63,851 nt of DNA, filler included, from Octopus bimaculoides (GCF_001194135.2; 5 parts of 5 records of this genome joined end to end with filler, not necessarily neighbours in it), one strand, 5' to 3'; positions 1 through 10,845 are shown, counted from the whole stretch's first letter. Numbers and translations: made by a program. The notes: a model not told the origin generated them from the sequence alone.

Positions 1-21
1 ATAGTGATACTAATAACCTGG

Positions 22-58
<37 letters not shown>

Positions 59-132
59 AGTACGGTATTATCCATACAATTTCAAAATAAGATGATTAAA
101 ATCAAAATAAGTAACAAGGATATCCAGAGGTA

Positions 133-220
133 ATGCAGTACGATCGTTTCAAGCAACTCCATTTAATTGAACAATGCAATCATTTCATAAATTTAAATCG
201 AGAGCAATCCTCAGCTGCAT
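133..220 (-). ncRNA. Type I hammerhead ribozyme-like motif (repeat family HH1, left copy)
   Basis: Minus strand reads ATGCAG-CTGAGGA-[57 nt]-GAAAC-GATC-GTA-CTGCAT: 6-bp helix I, CUGANGA and GAAA cores, minimal helix III with a palindromic loop, GUA site. The base of helix II is non-canonical. Confidence 0.6.
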
Positions 221-683
221 CGACATAGAATTTAATTAAATTAAAACAGGTGGACACATTAGTATAACTTTACCTAAAATCTCCAAGAAGGTAATTAGAT
301 AGACATGATGTTACTGTTTTATGGGGCCAGTTTTAATTTATAGACTAGTTTATCAAATCTTTCTATATCTAAGGCCAGAAGAACAAGGAACAGTGCCTGT
401 TAGGAAGGGGGCTGAGGGACTCGACAGAAATCATAATGTAGGTGGCGAGCTGGCAGAAACGTTAGCACGCCGGGCGTTATTAGTGTTACTCCATGCATGA
501 TATTTATAGTTTCTTAGTGACAAGCAAAATCTGTAACAAGTCTTTCGTCCTGATACTTTAGTAGCTTCTAAGCTGAAGTGAAGACAGCATGTTCTTTCTC
601 TGTCTCCTTACCTTCTTGGAGATTTTAGGTAAAATTATACTAATGTATCCACCTGTTTTAATTTAATTAAATTTCATGTCTTT

Positions 684-757
684 ATGCAGCTGAGGATTGC
701 TCTGCATTTAAATTGATGTAACGATTGCATTGTTCAATTGAAACGATCGTACAGCAT
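684..757 (+). ncRNA. Type I hammerhead ribozyme-like motif (HH1, right copy)
   Basis: ATGCAG-CTGAGGA-[43 nt]-GAAAC-GATC-GTA-CAGCAT; one helix I mismatch and a deletion in helix II relative to the left copy. Confidence 0.5.
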
Positions 758-873
758 TACCTCTGGATATCCTTGTTGCTTATTTTGATATATACATATA
801 TATATATAGCTTTAAATCTTTAAATCTTTAAAGTGTTTCAGCATCAAAGCTGCGGTCATGCTGGGGCACTTGG

Positions 874-907
<34 letters not shown>

Positions 908-909
<2 letters not shown>

Positions 910-1130
910 CCAAATTGTATTGAAAAACCAAGAAGACTGAGGACAGAGACAAGTGAGGAAACAACAAACATTAATTTGATGCTTAGGTAAAAGCGGAAGT
1001 GTCTTTGACGTTTCGGTGCTAAGCTCTTCTTCAGAAAGAAATGAAGAGAGAAAACAGATGGAGTGAGGGAAAAAACGGAGGAAGTAAAAAACGTGCCTGA
1101 ATTGACTTCGCAGTCACTTTCAATAATAAT
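908..1130 (-). mobile_element. Penelope-like pseudo-LTR remnant with hammerhead motif (family HH2; motif at 1002-1039)
   Basis: Minus strand TCTTT-CTGAAGA-A-GAGCTTAGCACC-GAAAC-GTC-AAAGA; starts at a (TA)n tract; similar to 3305-3505. Confidence 0.6.
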
Positions 1131-1620
1131 CTTGTTCAAGAATAATACATACATATATACGTGTATGATTTATAAGATACATAATATATTGTATATTGTA
1201 CGTGTGTGTGTATGTGTGTATGTTCGTTTGTGTGCGTGTATTTTCATGTGTGTATGCGCATGTGTGTATGCGCATGTGTGTATTGCGTGTTTGTACGTGC
1301 GCTTGCGTGAGTGTAAGTGTAGGTGTGCGTGTGTGTGTGCGTATGTGTGTGTGTGCGTGCGTGTGCGTGCGTGTGCGTGTGTGTGTGTGTGTGCATATAT
1401 ATGTATCATTGCTTATGCCTGCATAATCCTGTTGTCAAGAACGATGGCAGCTTTGATAATTATGTTTTTACCACATGAGTGTGTATGTATGTGAGTCTGA
1501 GTGTGTGTGTGTGTGTGCGTGTGCACGTGTGCGCGTGTGCGCATGTGCGCGTGTGCGTGCGTGTGTGTATGTGTACGCGCGCACGTTTGTATGTGTAAAA
1601 TTGATGTCCCATATCACCCT

Positions 1621-1775
1621 ACATTATTTACATTATTTACATTTGACGGATATTTGTCCTCACCTTGTTTGTTGTTAACACAACGTTTCGGCTGATATAG
1701 CCTCCAACCGAAACGTTGTGTTAACAACAAAGATGAGGACAAATATCCGTCAAATGTAAATAATGTAAATAATGT
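1621..1775. repeat. Near-perfect palindrome (~70-bp arms, 16-nt loop)
   Basis: Arm 1621-1691 is the reverse complement of 1708-1775 apart from one small indel/substitution patch. The loop region carries a helix II-GAAAC-GTT half motif. Confidence 0.92.
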
Positions 1776-1882
1776 ACATAATTCCTCATCTCTTAAATAT
1801 AGAACTGTCATATCATCCTGTTGTAATCACAGCTTAATCGATAGTTATATTTTCTGTTGTTAATACTTGTTGCTTATTTCAA

Positions 1883-2093
1883 AGCAGCGAGCTGGCAGAA
1901 ACGTTAGCAGGCCAGGCAATTTGCTTAGCGGTATCTCGTCCATCTTTACGTTTTAAGTTCAAATTTCCACCAGGGTCGACTTTTTCTTTCGTCCTTTCGG
2001 GTTTGATAAAATAAGTAGCAGATGACAACTGGGGTTGATTCAATCGACTTACTCCCTATCCCAAAATTGCTGGCCTTGTGCCAAAATTTGAAC
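1883..2093 (+). mobile_element. SINE family A copy
   Basis: agcagcgagctggcagaaacgttagc...ccaaaatttg. Confidence 0.85.
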
Positions 2094-2323
2094 TCGCTGC
2101 TTGTCAATCACTAATTACATCTCGCAATCCAAACCAGTCATTTTTTTTAATTATTGCAGTCAATCCGTGATTTCTCCTCATGTGAAGATTGAGAAACGTC
2201 TTGGCTCTCAAACTTTTACTTCTCCTAAGGCCAATCACTTATTATGTTTCGTCCTGATAAGACGCTGTCTCCTTGGCAGGAAATAACACACAAAGCTAAT
2301 TATATATAGGTGTGTGTGTGTGT

Positions 2324-2357
<34 letters not shown>

Positions 2358-2429
2358 NNNNNNNNNNNNNNNNNNNNNNNNNNNNNNNNNNNNNNNNNNN
2401 NNNNNNNNNNNNNNNNNNNNNNNNNNNNN

Positions 2430-2480
<51 letters not shown>

Positions 2481-3022
2481 GTATATATAGGTGTGTTTGT
2501 GTATGTGTATACGTATATAGTATATACATATATACGTACACATATATATGACGGCAGCATTGATAATCAAAGCAGTCTTTTGTGGACCAACAACCGGATC
2601 ACCAACTCTCATTTCGAAGGGTATACGTTTGCAATTCGGAAACAAAAAAAAAACAAAAAAAAAACCCAACCAAATTCCAGGTGAAAAAAAGGGACAGAAA
2701 TGCAAGGAAAATACCAAAATGTGATAAGTGGTACAGACTTTGTGGAATCATCAGGTTAATATCTCCTGATTAGACACTGTACCTTGAGGAATTAGGGCTC
2801 TCAAAACCAGAAAAGGAGAAAGCTAATTAGAAGATTACAGATACATGCCATTAATGGAACTGTAAGAGTATGTAAAACTTTCCAAAAGTTTAGTATTTAA
2901 ATACAAAAGCACACGTCTAGACTCAAATATGCATATAAGAATATATACTTAAGAAAATATACAAATCTGTACATGCACTAACTCAAAATATTGCTGACAG
3001 CTATACATACGTGTACAAATAC

Positions 3023-3102
3023 CTTGTTAGTGTTGCTGAAATTCCAATGAAAGAGCATTGGCTCTGGGTTAGAAACCGTCTCTTTCACAGCTGAAGAGAA
3101 AT
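3023..3102 (-). CDS. Candidate OATP exon 4 (possibly degenerate)
   Basis: Acceptor ttttatttttag| in the correct phase gives DFSSAVKETVSNP, resembling the DFPxAxKxLxxNP linker before TM7. Downstream reading is poor. Donors are possible at 3022 or 3010; read-through hits a stop at 2978-2980. Confidence 0.4.
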
Positions 3103-3304
3103 CTAAAAATAAAATTGGATAACATACGTTCCTTACATACATGCATACATGTATGCATACATATATACACACAAACACAAACATACACACATACATACGT
3201 ATATATAAGCACAAACACATGCACACATGCACACACACACACACACTACGCACATACATACATACATACATACATACATACATACATACATACATACATA
3301 CATA

Positions 3305-3505
3305 GCAGAATTTACGGAAAAAAACAACAACAGACGAGGACAGGTGGTGTAAACAACAAAAGGATGTATTAGTTTAATGCTCGGGAATACAGAAAGTCTT
3401 TAACGTTTCGAGCTACGCTCTTCAACAGAAAGAATACGGAGAAAACAAGGAGAAAAACACGGAGAAAAAAAATTGAATGGTTTGGTCAGCGATCTATCAT
3501 GGCGT
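3305..3505 (-). mobile_element. Penelope-like pseudo-LTR remnant with hammerhead motif (HH2; motif at 3397-3433)
   Basis: Minus strand TCTTT-CTGTTGA-A-GAGC-GTA-GCTC-GAAAC-GTT-AAAGA; abuts an (ACAT)n tract. Confidence 0.6.
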
Positions 3506-3935
3506 CTACATACATACATNNNNNNNNNNNNNNNNNNNNNNNNNNNNNNNNNNNNNNNNNNNNNNNNNNNNNNNNNNNNNNNNNNNNNNNNNNNNNNNNN
3601 NNNNNNNNNNNNNNNNNNNNNNNNNNNNNNNNNNNNNNNNNNNNNNNNNNNNNNNNNNNNNNNNNNNNNNNNNNNNNNNNNNNNNNNNNNNNNNNNNNNN
3701 NNNNNNNNNNNNNNNNNNNNNNNNNNNNNNNNNNNNNNNNNNNNNNNNNNNNNNNNNNNNNNNNNNNNNNNNNNNNNNNNNNNNNNNNNNNNNNNNNNNN
3801 NNNNNNNNNNNNNNNNNNNNNNNNNNNNNNNNNNNNNNNNNNNNNNNNNNNNNNNNNNNNNNNNNNNNNNNNNNNNNNNNNNNNNNNNNNNNNNNNNNNN
3901 NNNNNNNNNNNNNNNNNGGCCATTGCACCTCCACA

Positions 3936-4188
3936 AAATAAATGCGTCCTTTTAAAGCCTAGCCAGGCTCATGGGCTCGGTTTCCCAGTTTCAATGGCGT
4001 ATGTGTTCCCCAGCTGGACGGGACACCAGTCCATCGCAGTGTTACTCGTTTTTGCCAGCTGAGTGGACTGGAGCAACGTGAAATGAAATGTTTTGCTCAA
4101 GAACACAACGCATCGCTCGGTCCAGGAATCGAAACCACAATCTTACAATCATGATGCTGACACCCTAACCACTAAGCCACGCGTCTCC
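3936..4188 (-). mobile_element. SINE head E + tail X
   Basis: Head gacgcgtggcttagtggttagg...ctccagtccactcagctggc; tail as in 44970-45080. Confidence 0.85.
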
Positions 4189-4299
4189 ACATCAGTCAAA
4201 ATTACCTCGAAATTAACAAAAGAAAAAGAACAACATACTGACATACACACATACATATGTGTGTTTAATTTAAAATATAAATATATCATTTAATTTTAC

Positions 4300-4548
4300 C
4301 TTTTAATTTTTCTATGAAAGATGGTCTTTCAGTTTCTTCAGTTTTATGATTTTCTGTGGTTTCCTTCACTAACATCAAAACTGCAGAGTTGAGATTTCCG
4401 GGCCGCGATTTAGGATGTTTTTCTTTTGGCATTTGTTTTGGATAAAACATCAAAGGAAATCCGAACAAGATGGTAATTGCAGCAATGAAGAGAAATCCTA
4501 TCCACCAAGCACCAATCCAGTTGGGATCACTTGGTGTCATTCCTTTAT
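4300..4548 (-). CDS. SLCO: OATP/SLCO coding exon 3 (signature motif, TM6)
   Basis: ttttattattccag|...|gtaaaa; 249 nt, phase 1/1. Contains DPNWIGAWWIGFL, matching the OATP signature D-x-RW-I/V-GAWW-x-G-F/L with R replaced by N. Confidence 0.92.
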
Positions 4549-4965
4549 CTGGAATAATAAAAGAATTACAAATATTAGAACTTTCCTTGAAAAGACGTTT
4601 TTCTTGAATTATATGGAATGGAATTATGGTGTCCCCCTTCTCTCCCACTTTCTCCCTCTCTCTCTCACCCCATTTCTCAGTAAATCTACTCCTCTCTCTT
4701 TCTCTTTCTCTCCCACACAGATGATCAAACACATATACACACATACACCCACTTATACACACATGCGCACACATATAGACACATACACATACATATATAC
4801 ACGCATACATACACACAAACACATATACAGATACACGTATATACACACTTATACACGCACATATATACAGATTTACTCACACACATGCACACTCACATTC
4901 GCTCACACACATGCTCACTTTCTCTCTCTTTCTTTTTCTCTCTCTCTCTCTCTCTTTCTCTCTCT

Positions 4966-5010
<45 letters not shown>

Positions 5011-5574
5011 ATGCACACAAACACGAATTCCACAGAACACATGTTAATTTATCGAAAATGAGATAAAACTATGCAAAGTGCTCAACAATAATATTTAATA
5101 TCAACCAAAGGGATTTCAGAGCTCTGACAAACGCCTGAGTGTTAGAGATTATTNNNNNNNNNNNNNNNNNNNNNNNNNNNNNNNNNNNNNNNNNNNNNNN
5201 NNNNNNNNNNNNNNNNNNNNNNNNNNNNNNNNNNNNNNNNNNNNNNNNNNNNNNNNNNNNNNNNNNNNNNNNNNNNNNNNNNNNNNNNNNNNNNNNNNNN
5301 NNNNNNNNNNNNNNNNNNNNNNNNNNNNNNNNNNNNNNNNNNNNNNNNNNNNNNNNNNNNNNNNNNNNNNNNNNNNNNNNNNNNNNNNNNNNNNNNNNNN
5401 NNNNNNNNNNNNNNNNNNNNNNNNNNNNNNNNNNNNNNNNNNNNNNNNNNNNNNNNNNNNNNNNNNNNNNNNNNNNNNNNNNNNNNNNNNNNNNNNNNNN
5501 NNNNNNNNNNNNNNNNTTTTAATATCCTTTTTATATTATAAAGCGAATACTTGTATAAGCACTTTGGTGAGAAA

Positions 5575-5616
5575 ACTTAATCCGGCCCGCACATGGGAAA
5601 AGGTAGCCCATGTCTG
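5575..5616. mobile_element. Possible hAT-type MITE end
   Basis: ccggcccgc...aaaaggtagcccatgtctg resembles hAT/Charlie termini. The other end would fall in the N gap. Confidence 0.3.
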
Positions 5617-5638
5617 GTTTAAATGGTTAACTGATTAA

Positions 5639-5930
5639 CCCATTACCTCCCATAATTCTATTAACTGGAATTTTTTTTTATGAAACTTTGATTTCTAGCA
5701 TAAAACAGCCTTAGAAACATGCTGGAATGATCAAAATAACATTTCAAAATAACATTTTAAATAGAAATAAGCGAGATATTGGGTGAAAACTTAGCAAACC
5801 TCATTTGAATATCAGAGAAATATACCTAGTAGATATAGCAAAAAGGTTAGATATGTGTAAATATTGACAGATAATTACGAAATTCGTAATTTTTAAGTGA
5901 TCTCAGATGAGATTACTGGTAGGTAATGGG
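5639..5930. mobile_element. piggyBac-like MITE
   Basis: TTAA (5635-5638) CCCATTACCT ... AGGTAATGGG TTAA (5931-5934); 14-bp TIR with one mismatch; no ORF; lies in an SLCO intron. Confidence 0.65.
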
Positions 5931-6130
5931 TTAAATGATATGTAGATAGATAAATGTATAGGGCGGGAGACAACAGGTAGACAGAAAATATGTATGATAA
6001 CTAGATAATCTGGACAGATAGAGGAAAACAAAGAGGAATATTAAGTAGGAAAAGGTAAGTTACACATCTGAAAGAAAGAATAAAGACACAGTCTAAAAGA
6101 TAAAATCTTGCGGAGGTGCATAGTTCTTAC

Positions 6131-6217
6131 CATCAAAATCCGCAGGAATTCGGCTAATGATGCCTCCCAAGACGAATATGAACGCATTGCCAAGAATCAA
6201 AAAAGCGATCATTAATC
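6131..6217 (-). CDS. SLCO: OATP/SLCO coding exon 2 (TM5 region)
   Basis: ttttgtttttcag|...|gtaaga; 87 nt, phase 1/1. Translates GLMIAFLILGNAFIFVLGGIISRIPADFD in frame with the flanking exons. Confidence 0.9.
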
Positions 6218-6455
6218 CTGAAAAACAAAATTCGTATAAGAATTATTGTGTAAGGTATAATACTAAGCAATTTCTTTTCGGAAGGAAGAATATTGATTGA
6301 TTGAATGGACACGATTGAAATACCACTAAGTTGTTTGCCCAGCGTGCTAACAATTCTGCCAGCTCACGGCCTTAATAACAACAATAATATATGTTATGTA
6401 TGTATAATAAGAACCACGATCGAAACACAATGACTGCAGCACAGAGTACATGTAG

Positions 6456-6501
<46 letters not shown>

Positions 6502-6579
6502 AGAGAGAGAGAGAGGGGGGTGTCATATAGATATAGGTATATGCGAAACGTATGAGAAACGAAGCAAGGTTTTACTTAC

Positions 6580-7420
6580 CGATAAAGATAGCAGAGTGAT
6601 GTTTTTCTGGCACATTATTATCAATGTAGGTTGGGAAAAGGGATGATCTTGGACCTTTACATACTCCGAGTACTATCATGAAGAAGACAAACAAGAAATA
6701 TGCCGAGTGACTCTTTACCTGGTTACTCGCACAATTCGCTTCTTCAATAATAGTTGACTTGTCATCAGAACACAGATATATATTTGCTGTTGCTGCTGTA
6801 ATGTTTATAGAATTATTTCCAATGGTGCCGTTCAGTGAAGCTGAATTTTTCAACAGTTCTAAATTACTGACTGGACGTAAGAGGTAAGTTAAGCTCATGC
6901 AACCGACAGTGATACCGACAAATAATGTTAAGATAGAGAATATTTTGGGTATATGTGCATCTCTTGCGAAATGACTAGCTAGAAGAACGACAAGCAAAAA
7001 ACCAATATCATTGGCACTATTAATAAATCCAAACTCAGCACTGGACAATCCGAACTGTTTCTCTAAAGAGCTTACCTGTGATGAAATATAACTAGGCACT
7101 GAATATGTCATAAAATTGGTAAGAGCCCCTAAAATTGTGAACGTTGCAATGTTTAATCCCCGATTAAACGTGATATATCTCCATAGAAAACGACATGTAC
7201 TTTCTTTATTTGTGTCGTCTGTTTTCATTGATTTCATGTCATTATTCATTAACTCTTGTTGTTCCTGGTCATGTTGAGCATCGGCAAATAAATTGTCTCT
7301 CTCATAAATTTTCTCCGAATTATTGTCGTTCAAGTTATTATCAGCAGGTTTCATGTTATGTAATTTCACATCCTCGTGGTCTTGCCCCTTCAAGCCATTT
7401 TCATATAAATTGCTTTCCAT
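6580..7420 (-). CDS. SLCO: OATP/SLCO organic anion transporter, first coding exon (N-terminus to about TM4/5)
   Basis: ORF from ATG at 7420 (MESNLY...) with OATP-like motifs SQVSSLEKQFGLSSAEFGFINSANDIG and TYIDNNV. It ends ATC G|GTAAGT (donor at 6579, phase 1). A strong acceptor (ttctgtttttgcag|) at 7592/7591 gives 171 nt of ATG-free 5' UTR in the same exon. Subfamily not resolved. Confidence 0.92.
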
Positions 7421-7711
7421 CTCAGCAAATATCAAAGATTCACTTTTTTTTTTTAATAAGCAGTTTACTATTTCTTATGTTATTTCTTCTTTAAATCAGG
7501 TCAGTGTATAAATATACTTGATTTTTTTTTTTTTTTGTCACCGCTCTTCACGTGCGTGTGTTTGTCTGTGTGTCTGCCTTTTACCCCTTGCCTGCAAAAA
7601 ACAGAAGCAATAGTTATGTAAAAATTATGTAAACATAGATGATGATGATGTGATAATGATGATGATGTGATGAGAGATGATGAGGATGATGATGATGATG
7701 ATGATAACAAT

Positions 7712-7842
7712 CCTTTCTACCATAGGTACAAGGCCTAAAATTTGGTGGGGAGGAGACTAGTCGATTACATCGACCCTAGTACCTAATTTTTCAACCCCGA
7801 AAAGTTGAAATTCAAAATCGACCTCGGCAGAATTTGAACTCA
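7712..7842 (-). mobile_element. SINE family A 3' half
   Basis: Reverse-complement match from the B box to the tail. Confidence 0.75.
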
Positions 7843-7878
7843 ACGATGATGATGATAATGATGATGATNNNNNNNNNN

Positions 7879-7915
<37 letters not shown>

Positions 7916-7961
7916 ATACACACAGACAGTAAGAATAAGAGTGAAGCAATTAGTGAAAGAA

Positions 7962-8118
7962 GAAAAGTGAAATTATAGTTTTATGAAAAGTGAAAGAATA
8001 AAAGTGAAATTATAGTTTTATGAAAAGTGAAAGAATAGAATGAAACTATAGTCTTATGAAAAGTGAAAGAATAAAAGTGAAATTATAGTTTTATGAAAAG
8101 TGAAAGAATAAAAGTGAA
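7962..8118 (+). repeat. 37-bp minisatellite, about 4 copies
   Basis: Unit aaaagtgaaattatagttttatgaaaagtgaaagaat, running into a scaffold gap. Confidence 0.85.
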
Positions 8119-8218
8119 NNNNNNNNNNNNNNNNNNNNNNNNNNNNNNNNNNNNNNNNNNNNTTAATTAATTAANNNNNNNNNNNNNNNNNNNNNNNNNN
8201 NNNNNNNNNNNNNNNNNN
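8119..8218. other. Artificial scaffold join: 44 N + TTAATTAATTAA + 44 N (also at 28954-29053, 57172-57271, 62597-62696)
   Basis: Identical 100-bp geometry four times; the 12-mer carries stop codons in all frames. Confidence 0.95.
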
Positions 8219-8875
8219 CAGAAAACAGCACAGCTCCCATGACATTTGGAAACATTTTTTCATGCTAAGAGTTGCTGAAGTATGGAACAAACTGCTGGCA
8301 TCAGTTGTTAGTTGTTGGAGCACTGCATCCTTCAAAACTTCCATGCTTCCTGAGACTCGCCAATACTACACCCGATTTTCTCCCCTCCATACACACGCAA
8401 GCATGTATCTGACTCATACACTGTTTACTTTCCAGATATTTGTACATTACTGCATATGCTTTATATGCACTTTTGACAAGTTGTAGTGCACCTGAGCACT
8501 GTATACAATAATTTCATTATTATAATTATAAACATACATATATATATATATGTGTGTGTGTGTATATATATATGTATGTATAAACATACATATATACATA
8601 TGTATTTGTTGCCCCACTATTTGACAACTGGTGGAGCAAGTGAACTAATGTACAACATAAAACATTTATTCTTTTACTTGTTTCAGTCCTTTAACTGTGG
8701 CCATACTGGAGCAGCGCCTTTAGTTGAACAAATCGACCCCAGGACTTATTCTTTGTAAGCCTAGTACTTACACTATCGGTCTCTTTTGCCAAACCACTAA
8801 GTTACGGGGACGTAAACACACCAACATCGGTGACAAGCGATGATGCAGGAACAAACACAGACACACAAATACATT

Positions 8876-8928
<53 letters not shown>

Positions 8929-9029
8929 CTCCAGGAGTGTAATAGGTCCTCTTTACATGCCACTGATACGGGTGCTTTCATGTGCCATCAGCATGGATGT
9001 CAGATACATGACAACAGCATTAGCTATGA

Positions 9030-9362
9030 CTACAATTTCACTTGGCTTCATGGGTTTTCTCAATCAGGGCATATCACCAAATGCCTGTCACTTGTCATCG
9101 TCTCCATGAGGCCCAAAATTCGAAGATCATGTTTCACCACCTCATCCATGTCTTCCTGGGTCTACTTCTTCCACAGGTCTCATCCACAGTTAGAGATCAG
9201 CACTTTTTACAAAGCTGTCCCTATCCATATGCATCATGTGACCATACCAGCACAGTCGGCTCTCTTGCACACCACATCTGATGCCTCTCATGCCCAGTTT
9301 TTCTCTCAAATCACTTACACTCTGTTGTACAAGCACACTGACATTGCACATCCAGCGAACCA
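9030..9362 (-). mobile_element. RTE-clade LINE ORF C-terminal remnant
   Basis: MVRWMCNVS...LREKLGMRGIRCGVQESRLCWYGHMMHM, then after a frameshift GRSRPRKTW; typical RTE post-RT motifs with stops and frameshifts. Confidence 0.85.
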
Positions 9363-9380
9363 TAAATATATAGAAAGCAA

Positions 9381-9700
9381 AGATGTGTGGCCTAGTGGTT
9401 AGTATGTTACACTAATGCTCACAAGAGCATGGTTTCAATTCCTGGACTGGGTACTGCGTTGCGTTCTTGAACAAAACACTTCATCTTACACTGCTCTGTG
9501 ATCACTTCAACATCTGACATGTGGTGCACTATGCACTTGTACAGAAAATGTTGATTTGATGAAGTGAGTGAGCTAATGTGCAGCACAGACATTTGAAGTG
9601 CAGACGATAAAGTGCAGCAGAGACATTGCAGATCACTGCAAACAAATCAACTGTGCAGACAGTTCAACAAGAAGTTGCAAAACCCATGTCTGTCGTTTAT
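9381..9700 (+). mobile_element. SINE head E-like + third tail (Z)
   Basis: gatgtgtggcctagtggttag...ggtttcaattcctggac...ttcttgaacaaaacact, followed by a tail unrelated to X or Y. Confidence 0.6.
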
Positions 9701-10357
9701 GACAGGAGAGTCCCACCACCATTGGGTGAAAGTAATTTAAGTGATGACCACAAGAGCTCACTGGACAGAAGCCAAATCAATAGCTGACATCTAGATTGCA
9801 GGAAATGGTGCAACCCCAACGTCCTCTACTTTCTTGGACAATGTCCATGACAAATCATTCTGATAACAATCAGCATAGGAAAATTAGAATGGTTTATTAG
9901 CAATACACCTAACAAATCATTACATGACTCTACAAAGCTCCAAGAACTGAATTAATAAGAAGAGAAAATAAAAGTCATTTGCTTATACCACAATCTTTCA
10001 TGTGTGTTCAATATATTTTAATCATTTTATTTAATAGGATTTCCAGTTCATAATATTCTTATCTGTTATAATTGAATATATTTCAACGACAATGAGGATC
10101 TGCATTAATATTAACACACATATACTTCAAATATATTTAACAGTTATACATATGAACTCATATTTCAATTCTATATCTGCACAGATGGTTAGTTAGGAGT
10201 TTGAGGGTTTGTATTTTATGCAAAAGTCAGTATAAACACACATATCCAAATACCTGTACACAGTCTATACATACCTACATGATGTATACTTTCCATACAT
10301 AATATATCATCATCATCATTTAATGTCTGTTTTCCACACACACACACACACATATAT

Positions 10358-10629
10358 ATCATCATCGTTTAACATCCGCTTACTATGCTGGCATGGGTTG
10401 GACAGTTTGACTGAGGACTCGCAAGCCAGTAGGCTGCACCAACCTCCAGTCTGATCTGGCAAGATTTCTACAGCTGGATGCCCTTCCTAATGCCAACCAC
10501 TCCGAGAATGCAGTGGGTACTTTTTACATGCCACCGGCACAGGAGCCAGTCAGGGGGCACTGGCATTGACCACGTTTGGATGGTGCTTTTTACGTGCCAC
10601 TGGCACAGAAGTCAGTCAGGGTGCACTGG

Positions 10630-10632
<3 letters not shown>
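10358..10632 (-). mobile_element. RTE 3' UTR copy
   Basis: Homologous to 60772-61000, with an (ATC)n tail. Confidence 0.8.
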
Positions 10633-10664
<32 letters not shown>

Positions 10665-10786
10665 GTAATATAATATGGAGTATTATTATGGCAACCGAAT
10701 AATTGTCACATATTATATTACAGATAAATTCCTCTATTTACATAATATTGAGGTCTCATTCATTCTTTGTTGTCATACTATTACTA

Positions 10787-10845
<59 letters not shown>

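Larger units (their letters stand above)
100..790. repeat. Inverted pair of ~190-bp repeat copies (about 100-295 and 608-790)
   Basis: The reverse complement of 608-790 aligns with 100-295 with a few substitutions and indels. The outer ends lie at or near (TA)n tracts. Confidence 0.9.

Noticed and set aside
1063-1695. Cys/Val- and His/Thr-rich ORFs here and throughout the window
   Set aside because: Translations of (TG)n, (TA)n and (ACAT)n microsatellites.
8163-8174. TTAATTAATTAA as a biological motif
   Set aside because: It always sits centred in exactly 88 N, so it is an assembly linker.
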